A stretch of 64,000 nucleotides of DNA. Origin: an uncultured Acidobacteriota bacterium. Lineage in GTDB: Bacteria; Acidobacteriota; Polarisedimenticolia; J045. The stretch lies in assembly GCA_963702425.1 (NCBI GenBank), contig CAVPCQ010000037.1, forward strand, positions 256,001-320,000, in the 5' to 3' direction. Positions 48,867 to 58,397 of the stretch are shown here, in pieces. The notes below the pieces were generated by a model. It did not search any database. It saw only the letters and a list, made by a program, of their open reading frames with translations, and had not been told where the DNA came from. The translations under genes and the position numbers were made by a program. Every line of letters starts with the position of its first letter. The stretch's first letter is position 1.

Positions 48867-50423
48867 ATGCGAATCCCGCGCGCAGCCGCGCTGATCCTGC
48901 TCGCCGCCGCGCTCGCCGGCGCGTCCGTGACGCCCGCGCTGGCGGTCGACCCGAACCACGACGTGCCGGGAGAGATCCTGGTCGAGCTCGTGCCCGCGGC
49001 CTCGCCGCAGGCGGTCGCCCAACGCCACGGCCTCGCGTTGCTCGACGGGATCGCGGTCTGGCAGATCTGGCTGATGGGTACCCCTCCCGGCGCGGACATC
49101 CTGGCGCTCACGCAGGCGCTGGCGGCCGATCCCGACGTCGTGTCGGCGGAGACGCACCACAAGTACGAGGTCCCGGAAGGGGTCCAGCGGACGATCGCGG
49201 ACCTCGACCGCTCGATCACGCTGACCCTCTTCCGGACGCAGGCTTCGGCGACGCTGGTGCGGACCGCGGCCGCGCACGCGGTCGAGACCGGCTCCGGGGT
49301 CGTCGTCGCCGTGCTCGACACCGGCATGACGTTCGACCATCCCGAGCTCAAGCCCTGGCTGCTTGCGCCGGGCATCAACACGGTCCGGCTCGAGGGGGGC
49401 GACGCGCACGTCCGGCCGAACGGGCTCGACGACGACGGCGACGGACTGGTGGACGAGGCACTGCACCACGGGAACTTCGTCGCCGGACTGGTCCACCTGG
49501 CGGCCCCGCACGCGCGGATCCTGCCGATCCGCGTGCTCGACGAAGAGGGATACGGCACCGGCTTCTCGCTCGCCAAGGGGATCCTCGAAGCGATCCACGG
49601 CGGAGCGCGGGTGATCAACCTCTCGCTGACGCTCGAGCAGGCGTCCGGGATCGCGGCCAAGGCGCTGCGCGAGGCGCACGACGCCGGGATCGCGATCGTC
49701 GGCGCGGCCGGCAATCGCGACCTGCCCAGCGTCGACTTCCCGGCCGCGCACGACAAGGTGATCGCGGTCGCCGCTGTGGACAACGCGAGGATCCGCACGC
49801 CGTACAGCAACTACAGCTCGAAGGTCGACCTGTCGGCCCCGGGCGACACCGAGATCTCGGTCGCCGACAACGAGACGTTCGGTCGCTGGTCGGGGACGTC
49901 GTTCGCGGCGCCGCTGGTGAGCGGCGGGGCCGCGCTGCTGCTCGAGCGCTACCCCGGGCTGAGCCCCGACCAGGTGCGGTCGACGCTGCGGGACACCACC
50001 CAGCCCGACGCCAACTCGGGGCCGTTCGACGGCAAGATGGGGACCGGCGTGCTCGATCTCGACGCGCTGGCGCACGTCGTCCTCTCCGACCGGACCAGCC
50101 TCAAGGTCCGGCGCGAGCCGCCGGGAAGCGTCGTGTCCTGGAGCCCGGTGCTCGGTGCGAGCGGCTACGACCTCGTCCGCGGCGACGTCGGGCAGATCCG
50201 CGCGACGTGGAACGCTGTCAACCTGGGGCCGGTCACATGCCTCGCCGACTCGGTGGCCGCGACCGACACCGCCCTCTTCCCGGAGGCCGAACCGCCGGCG
50301 CCAGGGACGGCGTTCTTCTACCTCTTCCGCGACAACGCGAGCGTGTCCGACCCGAGGTCCTACGGGGCGGACAGCGCGGGCCGCAACCGAACGGCCAGCA
50401 GTGGCGACTGCGCCGCGCGGTAG
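48867..50423 (+). CDS. Secreted S8 subtilisin-like serine protease with C-terminal beta domain
   Basis: Signal peptide, propeptide, VAVLDTG (Asp), HGNFVAG (His), AAGN, GTSFAAP (Ser), NGLDDDGDGLVDE Ca-loop. Confidence 0.93.
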   Translation: MRIPRAAALILLAAALAGASVTPALAVDPNHDVPGEILVELVPAASPQAVAQRHGLALLDGIAVWQIWLMGTPPGADILALTQALAADPDVVSAETHHKYEVPEGVQRTIADLDRSITLTLFRTQASATLVRTAAAHAVETGSGVVVAVLDTGMTFDHPELKPWLLAPGINTVRLEGGDAHVRPNGLDDDGDGLVDEALHHGNFVAGLVHLAAPHARILPIRVLDEEGYGTGFSLAKGILEAIHGGARVINLSLTLEQASGIAAKALREAHDAGIAIVGAAGNRDLPSVDFPAAHDKVIAVAAVDNARIRTPYSNYSSKVDLSAPGDTEISVADNETFGRWSGTSFAAPLVSGGAALLLERYPGLSPDQVRSTLRDTTQPDANSGPFDGKMGTGVLDLDALAHVVLSDRTSLKVRREPPGSVVSWSPVLGASGYDLVRGDVGQIRATWNAVNLGPVTCLADSVAATDTALFPEAEPPAPGTAFFYLFRDNASVSDPRSYGADSAGRNRTASSGDCAAR

Positions 50424-52185
50424 CGGCACGGCGTTCGCCGAGCCACCGGTCCTGCTGCTGGCGTTGCTGCTCGTCGCCGCCGCGTGCGGCGGAGCGGAGC
50501 CGGACCGCGCGGCCGCCTCCGGTGCGGTCGGCGGGGACTCGGCGGCGGAGCGGCCGCAGCGCGGCGGGACGCTCGTCGTCGCGCTGCGAGGCGACGTCGA
50601 CTCCTGGAACCCGTACACGGTCGGCCAGGCGGCCGCGGCCAACGTGCTGGAGCTGCTCTACCCGCGCCTCGTCCACGAGCGCTTCGGCGCCGGCGAGGAA
50701 GGGCTCGTGCCGTGGGTCGCGCGCTCCTGGTCGTTCGCTCCCGACCGCCGCACGCTGACCTTCGCAATCGACCCCGCGGCGCGCTGGAGCGACGGCCGGC
50801 CGGTCGGCTGCGAGGACGTGGCCTTCACGCTGGCGATCCAGCGCGACGACGCCCTGGCCTGGGACGGGGCGTTTCTCAAGCAGGCGATCGAAGCGGTCGA
50901 ATGCCCCGACCCGAAGACCGCCGTGGTCCGCTTCGCCCGGCCGTCGGTCTACCAGCTGCTCGATGCCAACGACGACGCGCTGGTGCCGCTCGCCTACCGC
51001 GACGTGCCGCCGGCCCGCTGGGCCGAGACCCGCTGGGAGACCCGACCCGTCACCGCCGGGCCGTTCCGCCTCGAAGCGGTCAAGCCGGGGCAGGAGGCCG
51101 TGCTCGCGCGCGACCCCAGCTTCTGGGTGCCGGGGAGGCCCTACCTCGACCGCGTGGTCTTCCGCGTCTACCCCGACGCGACGGCCGCGCTGGCGGCGTT
51201 CGAGGCCGGCGAGGTCGACGTCCTCGACAAGGTTCCGCCGCTGCGTGCTGCCGCTCTCGCGGCGCAGTCCGGCCGCACCGTCATCGACGCGCCGTCCCTG
51301 GCCTACACCTTCGTCGCCTGGAACGCGCTGGAGCCCGCGGCCTACGCCGCCGATCGCGCGGCGCGCGGCTGCGACGAGAAGCGGGACTGCGCCGAGTCGG
51401 CTGACGAGATCCGGCGCCTGCAGCGCACCCGGCCCCACCCGGCGCTGGCCGACGCGCGCGTGCGCCGGGCGCTGACGCTCGCCACCGATCGCGAGGACAT
51501 CGTGCGCGGCGTCCTCGGCGGTCATGGCCGGGTCGGCGTCAGTCCGGTCGTGTCGGCACTGGTGCCGGCCTTCGACGCCTCGGCCGGCCTGCCGTTCGAC
51601 CCGCCGCTCGCCGCACGCCTGCTCGACGAGGCCGGCTGGGTCGACGCCGACCGCGACGGCGTACGCGAGAAGGGCGGGCGGCGGCTGGAGCTGACCGTCA
51701 TCGCCGATGCCGAGAACGGCGCGCGGCGCGACGCCCTCGATCGGATGGCGTCGAGCCTGGCGCGCGTCGGCGTGAAGCTCGTGCCCGAGCCGCTGCCTCG
51801 CGCCGACTTCCTCGCGCGGGCGCGCGACAAGCGGTTCGACGGGGTGATCTCGGGCTGGCGGGCGGGGACGCGGGTCGAGCCGCAGGGGATCCTGCACACC
51901 GACGCCGCGGCCGGGCGCGGCAACAACCTCGGCGCCTGGTCGACGCCGGCCTCGGATGCGCTGCTCGACCGCGCCGCCGCCGCACCGTCGCCCGCCCTGG
52001 CGCTCCCGCTGTGGCGGGAATGGCAGGCGATCTTCCGCGACGAGCAGCCCTACACGATGCTCTACGAGGAGCGCACGCTGGTCGGGCTGTCGTCGCGCGT
52101 GCACGGCGCGACCCCGTCGCCGCTCAATCCCTACGACGGCCTCGAGAACTGGTGGCTCGCGCCGGCCGCGGAGCCCTCCCGCTGA
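50401..52185 (+). CDS. Peptide ABC transporter substrate-binding lipoprotein (family 5, OppA/DppA-like)
   Basis: Lipobox VAAAC, WSDGRPV..EDVAFT, AGPFRL, DARVRRAL..A.DRE, LLDEAGW.D.D.DG.REK. GTG start overlaps the S8 gene end. Confidence 0.88.
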   Translation: MATAPRGSGTAFAEPPVLLLALLLVAAACGGAEPDRAAASGAVGGDSAAERPQRGGTLVVALRGDVDSWNPYTVGQAAAANVLELLYPRLVHERFGAGEEGLVPWVARSWSFAPDRRTLTFAIDPAARWSDGRPVGCEDVAFTLAIQRDDALAWDGAFLKQAIEAVECPDPKTAVVRFARPSVYQLLDANDDALVPLAYRDVPPARWAETRWETRPVTAGPFRLEAVKPGQEAVLARDPSFWVPGRPYLDRVVFRVYPDATAALAAFEAGEVDVLDKVPPLRAAALAAQSGRTVIDAPSLAYTFVAWNALEPAAYAADRAARGCDEKRDCAESADEIRRLQRTRPHPALADARVRRALTLATDREDIVRGVLGGHGRVGVSPVVSALVPAFDASAGLPFDPPLAARLLDEAGWVDADRDGVREKGGRRLELTVIADAENGARRDALDRMASSLARVGVKLVPEPLPRADFLARARDKRFDGVISGWRAGTRVEPQGILHTDAAAGRGNNLGAWSTPASDALLDRAAAAPSPALALPLWREWQAIFRDEQPYTMLYEERTLVGLSSRVHGATPSPLNPYDGLENWWLAPAAEPSR

Positions 52186-53129
52186 GCGGGCGCGCCGTCG
52201 CGCGGCGGCTCCTCCGCGCGGCGGCGACCCTCTTCGTCGTCTTCGGGTTGACCTTCCTGCTGCTCCATCTGCGCTCCGCCGACCCGGCCGAGCGTCTCGA
52301 CGATCCCTCCGTGCCGGCCGAGCAGGCGGCGCGCACCCGCGCCGCGCTGGGCCTCGACCGCCCGCTGCCGGAGCAGTTCTTCGCGACGCTCGGCGCCTAC
52401 GCGCGCGGCGAGTTCGGGATCTCGATCCTGCACCGGCGGCCGGTGGCCGAGGTGCTGTCCGAGGCCCTGCCCGGATCGGTCCTGCTCGGGCTGGCGGCGC
52501 TGATCCTCGCCTATTCCCTGGGTCCGCTCACGGCGACCGGGATCGCGCTCCTTCCGCCGCGCCGGCGCCGGTTCGCCGACGAGCTGCTGCTGGCGATCGC
52601 GACCCTGCCGCGCTTCTGGCTCGGTGTGATGCTGGTCCTGGTCTTCCACGCCTGGCTCGGCTGGCTGCCGGCGTCGCACGCCGCCGGCCCCGCGGCGGCG
52701 GAGCGATTCGATCTGGCGCACCTGGTGCTGCCGGCGTTGACGCTCGCGCTGCCGGCGACGGCGATCGTGGCGCGGGTGCAGGCGGCCGCGATGGACGACC
52801 CCGACGCGGCACCGCGCCTCGCACTGGCGCGTGCCGCGGGGGTTCCCGCGCCGCGCGTCCTGTGGCGGCACCGCGTGCGGCCGGCGCTGGCACCCGTCGC
52901 GGCGCTGGCGGCCCTCGACCTGCCGCTGGTCGTGTCCGGCGCGGTCGTCGTCGAATCGGTCTTCGCTTGGCCGGGCGTCGGTCGGGTCGCGGCCGACGCC
53001 ACGCTGGGCGGCGACTACCCGCTCGCGCTGGCCGCCACGATGCTCGCCGCCGCGACGGTGGTGGTGGGTGGCGTGCTGCTCGACCTGGCGCTGGCGGGAC
53101 TCGATCCGCGGCACCGGGAGCGCGCGTGA
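52152..53129 (+). CDS. Peptide ABC transporter permease (OppB/DppB-like); start uncertain
   Basis: GLDRPLPEQ, GEFGIS, P.FWLG, HLVLPALTL, VESVFAWPG.G, DYP. Confidence 0.88.
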   Translation: MARAGRGALPLSGRAVARRLLRAAATLFVVFGLTFLLLHLRSADPAERLDDPSVPAEQAARTRAALGLDRPLPEQFFATLGAYARGEFGISILHRRPVAEVLSEALPGSVLLGLAALILAYSLGPLTATGIALLPPRRRRFADELLLAIATLPRFWLGVMLVLVFHAWLGWLPASHAAGPAAAERFDLAHLVLPALTLALPATAIVARVQAAAMDDPDAAPRLALARAAGVPAPRVLWRHRVRPALAPVAALAALDLPLVVSGAVVVESVFAWPGVGRVAADATLGGDYPLALAATMLAAATVVVGGVLLDLALAGLDPRHRERA

Positions 53130-54076
53130 CCCGCCGGCCGCTGCGGCCCGGCCTGCTCGGGGCCTTCGCGCTCGTCACGCTCGCGCTGGCCGGGCCGTGG
53201 CTGAGCGGCTCGCCCGATCCCCCGGCGATCGCTTCGGCGGCGGCGCAGCTCCTGCCTCCGCTCGCGGTCGTCGACGAGATCGCGCTGGCGGGGGGCGGCT
53301 TCGCGCGCGCCCGGCACCTCACGCCCGCCGCGGGCGGGCTGCGCGTCGAACTCGGCGTCGGCGAGTGGCGCGACTACCCTGAACAGGCGACGGGCCCGCC
53401 GCGCCGGCATCGCCTGCTGCTCGGCACCGACCAGCAGGGGCGCGACCTCCTGGCGCGGACGCTCCACGCGGCCCGGCACTCGCTCGCGCTGGCGCTGCTC
53501 TCCGCCGCGCTCGCCGTCGTGTTGGGGACCGCGGTCGGCCTCGGCCGTGCCGCCGGCGGGCGCGGGGTGGCCCTCGCCCTGGGTGGACTGCTCGACGGCG
53601 CACTGGGTCTGCCGCGGCTGCTGCTGCTGCTGGCGCTCGCTGCCGCGCTCTCGCGCGTTCCGTTCGGACTCGCGCTGGCGCTCGCGCTCGCCGGCTGGAT
53701 GGAGACCGCACGCGCGGTCGAGGCCGGGGCCACGGCCCTCTTGGCGCGTCCGTTCACCGCCGCGGCGTCGGCGGCCGGGGCCTCCCGCGCCCGGATCGCG
53801 GCGCGCCACCTGCTGCCCGGCGTGTTGCCGGTGCTGGCGGTCATGCTGCCGCTGGCCGCGACGGAGGTGATCCTGCTCGAGGCGACGCTCTCGTTTCTCG
53901 GTGCCACCGGTCGCGCCGGGGCCCTCTCGTGGGGCCGGATCATCGCGGAGGGGCGAGCCCTCTTTCCGGGCGGCTGGTGGGTGGCCGCCTTTCCCGGGCT
54001 GCTGCTGGCCGCCACCGCAATCGTCCTGAGCCGCCTCTCGCAGGGGCTGGAGCGGAAGGACCGATCCGTATCCTGA
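53126..54076 (+). CDS. Peptide ABC transporter permease (OppC/DppC-like)
   Basis: LLGTDQQGRDLLAR, RHLLP, EATLSFLG, SWG.II, WWVAAFPG. Confidence 0.88.
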   Translation: MTRRPLRPGLLGAFALVTLALAGPWLSGSPDPPAIASAAAQLLPPLAVVDEIALAGGGFARARHLTPAAGGLRVELGVGEWRDYPEQATGPPRRHRLLLGTDQQGRDLLARTLHAARHSLALALLSAALAVVLGTAVGLGRAAGGRGVALALGGLLDGALGLPRLLLLLALAAALSRVPFGLALALALAGWMETARAVEAGATALLARPFTAAASAAGASRARIAARHLLPGVLPVLAVMLPLAATEVILLEATLSFLGATGRAGALSWGRIIAEGRALFPGGWWVAAFPGLLLAATAIVLSRLSQGLERKDRSVS

Positions 54077-54199
54077 TCTTCCGCGGCGGAGTGCAGGATC
54101 AAGCGCGGGACATCGGGACGCGGGAAGTCCCGTGGGGCGGCGGCGACGGGTTCGAGATCGACGGCGCGGTGCCGGCGCTGACCGGCCGCGGGGGGAGGA

Positions 54200-55465
54200 T
54201 CAGGTGACGGGCGGGGCCTCGGCCCCGCCCGCTCTCAGGTCCGGTGCCGGGATCTCCCAGCCGCGCGCCCAGAGCCCGAAGGCGACGGCCGCGCCCAGCA
54301 CCGCAAGCGAGCAGGCGGAGAGGGTCGGCGGCAGCGGGACCCAGCGCGTGGCGAGGCCGATCGCGAGGCTCCCGAGCGGCATCAGCCCGGCGAAGCCGAC
54401 CGTGTAGAGGCTCATCAGCCGGCCGCGCAGGCCGTCCGGGACGAGCGCCTGCAGCAGCGTGTTGGCCGCGGCCATCTGGACCATTGCGCCGTAGCCCGCC
54501 GCGGCGACCGCCGCGCACGAGAGCGGGAACGAGCGCGACCGGCTGAAGACCAGCACGGCCGCGCCGAAGACCAGCGCGTGGCGGAAGACGACGCCGTCCA
54601 GGCCGCGGATCCCGCGGCGCCAGGCGAGCGAGAGCGCGCCGACGATCGCCCCGCCGCCGACCGAGGCCATCAACAGACCCAGACCTTCGGGCCCCCGTCC
54701 GAGCACGCCGCCGGCGAAGGCCGGCAGGAACGACAGATACGACATCCCGAAGACGCTCGTCACCGCGACCAGCGCCATCAACGCGCGGACGTGCGGCGTG
54801 CCGCGGGCGTAAGCGAGCCCCTCGACGAATCCCTCCCAGGCCCCGCCGCGCGGCGCCGGCGCGGCGCGGCCCGGGAAGCGCATCGCGAGCAGGCTGCCGA
54901 TCACGGCGAGATACGAGACGGCGTTGACCGCGAAGCAGATCCCCTCGCCCCAATGCGCGACGATCGCACCGGCCAGCGAGGGCCCGACGATCCGTGCGCC
55001 GTTGAAGATCGTCGAGTTCAGGGCGATCGCGTTGCCCAGGTCCTCACGCTCGACCATCTCGCTCAGGAACGACTGCCGGCCGGGAAAGTCGAAGGCGTTG
55101 ACGATCCCCAGCAGCGTGGCCAGCGCGAGCACCTGCCAGACCTCGATCCGGCCGGAGAGCGTCAGCGCCGCGAGCGTCGCCGACTGGACCAGAGCCACGA
55201 CCTGCGTCACGAGCACGATCCGACGCCGGTCGAAGCGGTCGGCGGCCACCCCGCCGACGAAACCCAGCAGCAGCACCGGCGCCAGCTGCGCGAAGCTGAC
55301 CAGCCCCAGCAGGACCGTCGAGTGCGTCAGCCGCCAGACCAGCCAGCCCTGCGCCAGCCCCTGCATCCACGAGCCGGTCAGCGAGACGAGCTGGCCGAAG
55401 AAGAAGAGCCGGAAGTTGCGGTGGCGCAGCGCGCGCAGGGTCCGGCTGAGAACGGCAGATGGCAT
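54200..55465 (-). CDS. MFS transporter (MFS_3-like)
   Basis: ALRHRNFRLFF.GQLVS..GSWMQ, ADRFDRRR, NAIALNS..FN.AR. Confidence 0.9.
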   Translation of the reverse strand: MPSAVLSRTLRALRHRNFRLFFFGQLVSLTGSWMQGLAQGWLVWRLTHSTVLLGLVSFAQLAPVLLLGFVGGVAADRFDRRRIVLVTQVVALVQSATLAALTLSGRIEVWQVLALATLLGIVNAFDFPGRQSFLSEMVEREDLGNAIALNSTIFNGARIVGPSLAGAIVAHWGEGICFAVNAVSYLAVIGSLLAMRFPGRAAPAPRGGAWEGFVEGLAYARGTPHVRALMALVAVTSVFGMSYLSFLPAFAGGVLGRGPEGLGLLMASVGGGAIVGALSLAWRRGIRGLDGVVFRHALVFGAAVLVFSRSRSFPLSCAAVAAAGYGAMVQMAAANTLLQALVPDGLRGRLMSLYTVGFAGLMPLGSLAIGLATRWVPLPPTLSACSLAVLGAAVAFGLWARGWEIPAPDLRAGGAEAPPVT

Positions 55466-55519
55466 CGAGCGGCCATTCTAGCCGTGATGGTCGAGCCCGG
55501 CCTTCACGGTCGTTCCGCG

Positions 55520-56371
55520 CTAGGCGTAGCGCGCGATCACCTCTTCGAAGCGCACCTGCACGTCGCTGCACAGCGCCGTGAAGCCGCCAGCCGACAGGCC
55601 GAGGCGGCGCGCGGCGTGCTCCTGCAGGTAGGGCCGGCCGATCGCCGACGCATCCGCCCCGGCAAGCGCTCCGTGGGCCGCGGCGTTGGCAGCGTGGACG
55701 GCGTCGCAGATCGAGGCCCGTCCCTCGTCCGGAGCGTGATGGAAGCAGACCCCGCGCACGATCGGTTCGGGCAGGTTCCAGTGCTGCGCGACGAGGGCGG
55801 CCAGCTCGGCGTGGTGGACGGAGACCAGCTCGACTTCGGCTGCGAGGGCTGCCTGCTGCCCCTGCTCGCGGGCCCGCCTCAGGAACATCAGGGAGTCAGC
55901 AGTCAGCAGGCGCGACAGCAGGAGCTTGCCGAAGTCGTGGAGCAGCGCTGCGGTGTAGGCCTCGACCGGGATCGCAACCCGGCAGTGCAGCGGCAGGCAC
56001 TCGGCCGCCAGTGCGGCCGCGACCGAGTGGCGCCAGAGCTCCCCCTCCGAAAGCCCGTAGGCGGGGAGCGCGCGCAGCATCCGGTCGCGCACCGCCGAGC
56101 CCATCGCGAGGGCGACGACCTGCGCCATCCCCAGCCGCACCACCGCCTGCTGCACATCGGACACGGTGCTCGAGCGCGAGAAGGCGGCGGAGTTCGCGAC
56201 GCGGAGCAGGCGCGAGGTCAGGACCTGGTCGAAGCCGATCGCGTCGAGCACCTCGCGCATCGACCACTGGTCCCGTGCGGCGAGCGACATCAGGCGCACG
56301 GCGCTGTCGGAGAGGGGAGCGAGGTCGCTCGCGTCGGCGATCAGCGCGTCGAGGTCGATCAGGGTCGGCAT
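55520..56371 (-). CDS. Stand-alone HDOD domain protein
   Basis: DQVLTSRLLRVANSA, AVVRLG, LWRHSV, ALLHDFGK, WNLPE, HH. Confidence 0.9.
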   Translation of the reverse strand: MPTLIDLDALIADASDLAPLSDSAVRLMSLAARDQWSMREVLDAIGFDQVLTSRLLRVANSAAFSRSSTVSDVQQAVVRLGMAQVVALAMGSAVRDRMLRALPAYGLSEGELWRHSVAAALAAECLPLHCRVAIPVEAYTAALLHDFGKLLLSRLLTADSLMFLRRAREQGQQAALAAEVELVSVHHAELAALVAQHWNLPEPIVRGVCFHHAPDEGRASICDAVHAANAAAHGALAGADASAIGRPYLQEHAARRLGLSAGGFTALCSDVQVRFEEVIARYA

Positions 56372-56581
56372 GCGGTCCTCCGGCCGCCCGGCGCTCGACC
56401 GGGCGAGCCATCCCTCGCGGCGGCGGCCGCGGCGGGGCGGTGCTTCCCGGCCGGTGCGCGCCGGCCGGGCCCTTCCGCAAAGATAGGTCCCGTGGCCGAG
56501 GGGGGGTACGGGCGGCTATCCTCCGCTTTCGGCGCGGGCACCCCCCCTCGTTCCGGCCTGGCTCGCGCTCCCGGAGACCCG

Positions 56582-58369
56582 ATGGCACGCCTCGACCCCC
56601 ACTCCTGCTTCGACGACGCCCAGCCGCTGACCCGCTCGATCCAGTGGGCGGCGACGGTCGACTTCGGCGCGAAGCGCCTCACCGGCACGGCGACCCTCCG
56701 GCTGGCGGCGCCCGCGACGGCGGGCCCGCTCGACCTCGACGCGAAAGGGCTCGTCATCCGCCGCGTCCGGTCGGGCGACGGCCGGGAGATCGCGTGGGAA
56801 CTCGGGCCGGAGGATCCGATCCAGGGCCGGCGCCTGCGCCTGGCGCTGCCGGCCGGGACCGAGCGCGTCGTCGTCGACTACGAGGCCGCCCCGGACGCCG
56901 TGGCGCTGCAGTGGCTCGAGCCGCAGCAGACGGCGGGAAAGCGGCACCCGTTCCTCTTCAGCCAGTGCCAGGCGATCCACGCCCGCACGATTCTCCCCTG
57001 CCAGGACAGCCCGCGCGTCCGGGTCAGCTACACCGCGGATGTGACGGTGCCGGAGCCGCTGGTCGCGGTCATGTCGGCCGGCTCCACCGGGTCGCGACCG
57101 GGGCCGGCGCCCGGCACCCGGACCTTCACCTTCGAGATGCCGCAGCCGATCCCCTCGTACCTGCTGGCGCTGGCGGTCGGGAACCTCGCGGCGCAGGAGG
57201 TCCACCCGCGCTGCTGCGTCTGGGCCGAACCGGAGGTGGTCGAGGCCGCGGCCCACGAGTTCGCCGAGGTCGGCACGATGCTCGAACGGGCCGAGGCGCT
57301 GTTCGGCCCCTACGCGTGGGACCGCTACGACATGCTCGTCCTGCCGCCCTCGTTCCCGTACGGCGGGATGGAGAACCCGCGCCTGACCTTCCTGACGCCG
57401 ACGCTGCTGGCCGGCGACCGCTCGCTGGTCGACGTCGTGACGCACGAGCTGGCCCACTCCTGGACCGGCAACCTGGTCACCAATGCGACGATGGACCACT
57501 TCTGGCTCAACGAGGGGTTCACCGTCTGGGCCGAGCGCCGGATCCTCGAGGCGCTGCACGGCGAGGACGCGGCCGCGGTGGCCTGGGCGATCGGGCAGAA
57601 GGGGATGGAGGGAGCCTTCGCACGCTTCGGGATGGACTCGCCATTCACGCGCCTGCGGACCGACCTGACCGGCGTCGACCCCGACGACGCCTACTCGCAG
57701 ATTCCGTACGAGAAGGGGGCGCGCTTCGTCGTGCTGCTCGAGCGCCACGCCGGGCGCGAGCGGTTCGAGCGCTTCATCCGGCAGTACATCGAGCGCTTCC
57801 GCTTCCAGTCGATCACGACCGAGGAGTTTCTTCAGTTCCTCGAGCAGGAATTGCCGGGCGCGGCGGCGGCGGTCGGGGCGCAGGAGTGGCTCTACGAGAC
57901 GGGGCTGCCGAAGAACGCGCCAGCCTTCCATTCGGCGACGCTCGAGCGGCTCGAATCGGCGGCGGCCGGGTGGAGCAAGGGGGTCCGTCCCGACGCGTCC
58001 CACGCCGCGCGCTGGCCGGCCGCGCACCTGCTGGTCTACCTGCAGAACCTGCCGCGGCCGCTGCCCGCCGCGGACTGCGCGACGCTCGACGGCGCCCTGG
58101 CGCTGACCGGTCGCGGCAACTACGAGATCCTGGTCGAGTGGCTGGCGATCGCGACCGCGTCGGACTACGAGCCGGTCTTCCCGCGCGTGCGCGAGGTGCT
58201 GACGACCGTCGGCCGGATGAAGTACCTGCGGCCGCTGTACGGCGCGCTCGGCACGAGCGTGCGCACGCGGGCGCTGGGACGGGCGATCTTCGAGGAGGCG
58301 AAGGACGGGTACCACCCGCTCTCGCGGCGGGTGGTCGAGTCGGTCATGGAGTCGTGGCCGGCCGACTGA
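56582..58369 (+). CDS. M1 aminopeptidase (leukotriene A4 hydrolase-like)
   Basis: DPHS, FSQCQAIHAR, PYGGMENP, HELAHSW..WLNEG, PYEKG, GRMKY.RPLY. Confidence 0.95.
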   Translation: MARLDPHSCFDDAQPLTRSIQWAATVDFGAKRLTGTATLRLAAPATAGPLDLDAKGLVIRRVRSGDGREIAWELGPEDPIQGRRLRLALPAGTERVVVDYEAAPDAVALQWLEPQQTAGKRHPFLFSQCQAIHARTILPCQDSPRVRVSYTADVTVPEPLVAVMSAGSTGSRPGPAPGTRTFTFEMPQPIPSYLLALAVGNLAAQEVHPRCCVWAEPEVVEAAAHEFAEVGTMLERAEALFGPYAWDRYDMLVLPPSFPYGGMENPRLTFLTPTLLAGDRSLVDVVTHELAHSWTGNLVTNATMDHFWLNEGFTVWAERRILEALHGEDAAAVAWAIGQKGMEGAFARFGMDSPFTRLRTDLTGVDPDDAYSQIPYEKGARFVVLLERHAGRERFERFIRQYIERFRFQSITTEEFLQFLEQELPGAAAAVGAQEWLYETGLPKNAPAFHSATLERLESAAAGWSKGVRPDASHAARWPAAHLLVYLQNLPRPLPAADCATLDGALALTGRGNYEILVEWLAIATASDYEPVFPRVREVLTTVGRMKYLRPLYGALGTSVRTRALGRAIFEEAKDGYHPLSRRVVESVMESWPAD

Positions 58370-58397
58370 GGACACAGAAAGGGAGGAGGGAAGCCCG

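Noticed and set aside
45684-50423. 1579-aa TPR-subtilase fusion ORF
   Set aside because: The middle part is the off-frame reading of the CHAT domain, and S8 has its own ATG and signal peptide at 48867. Treated as two genes plus a frameshift.
54077-54200. Possible small RNA or ORF between the convergent permease and MFS genes
   Set aside because: Only a weak GGGAC/GTCCC stem; no recognisable RNA family or supported start.
54578-58369. 1263-aa ORF
   Set aside because: The upstream part is antisense to the MFS and HDOD genes; the M1 peptidase starts at 56582.
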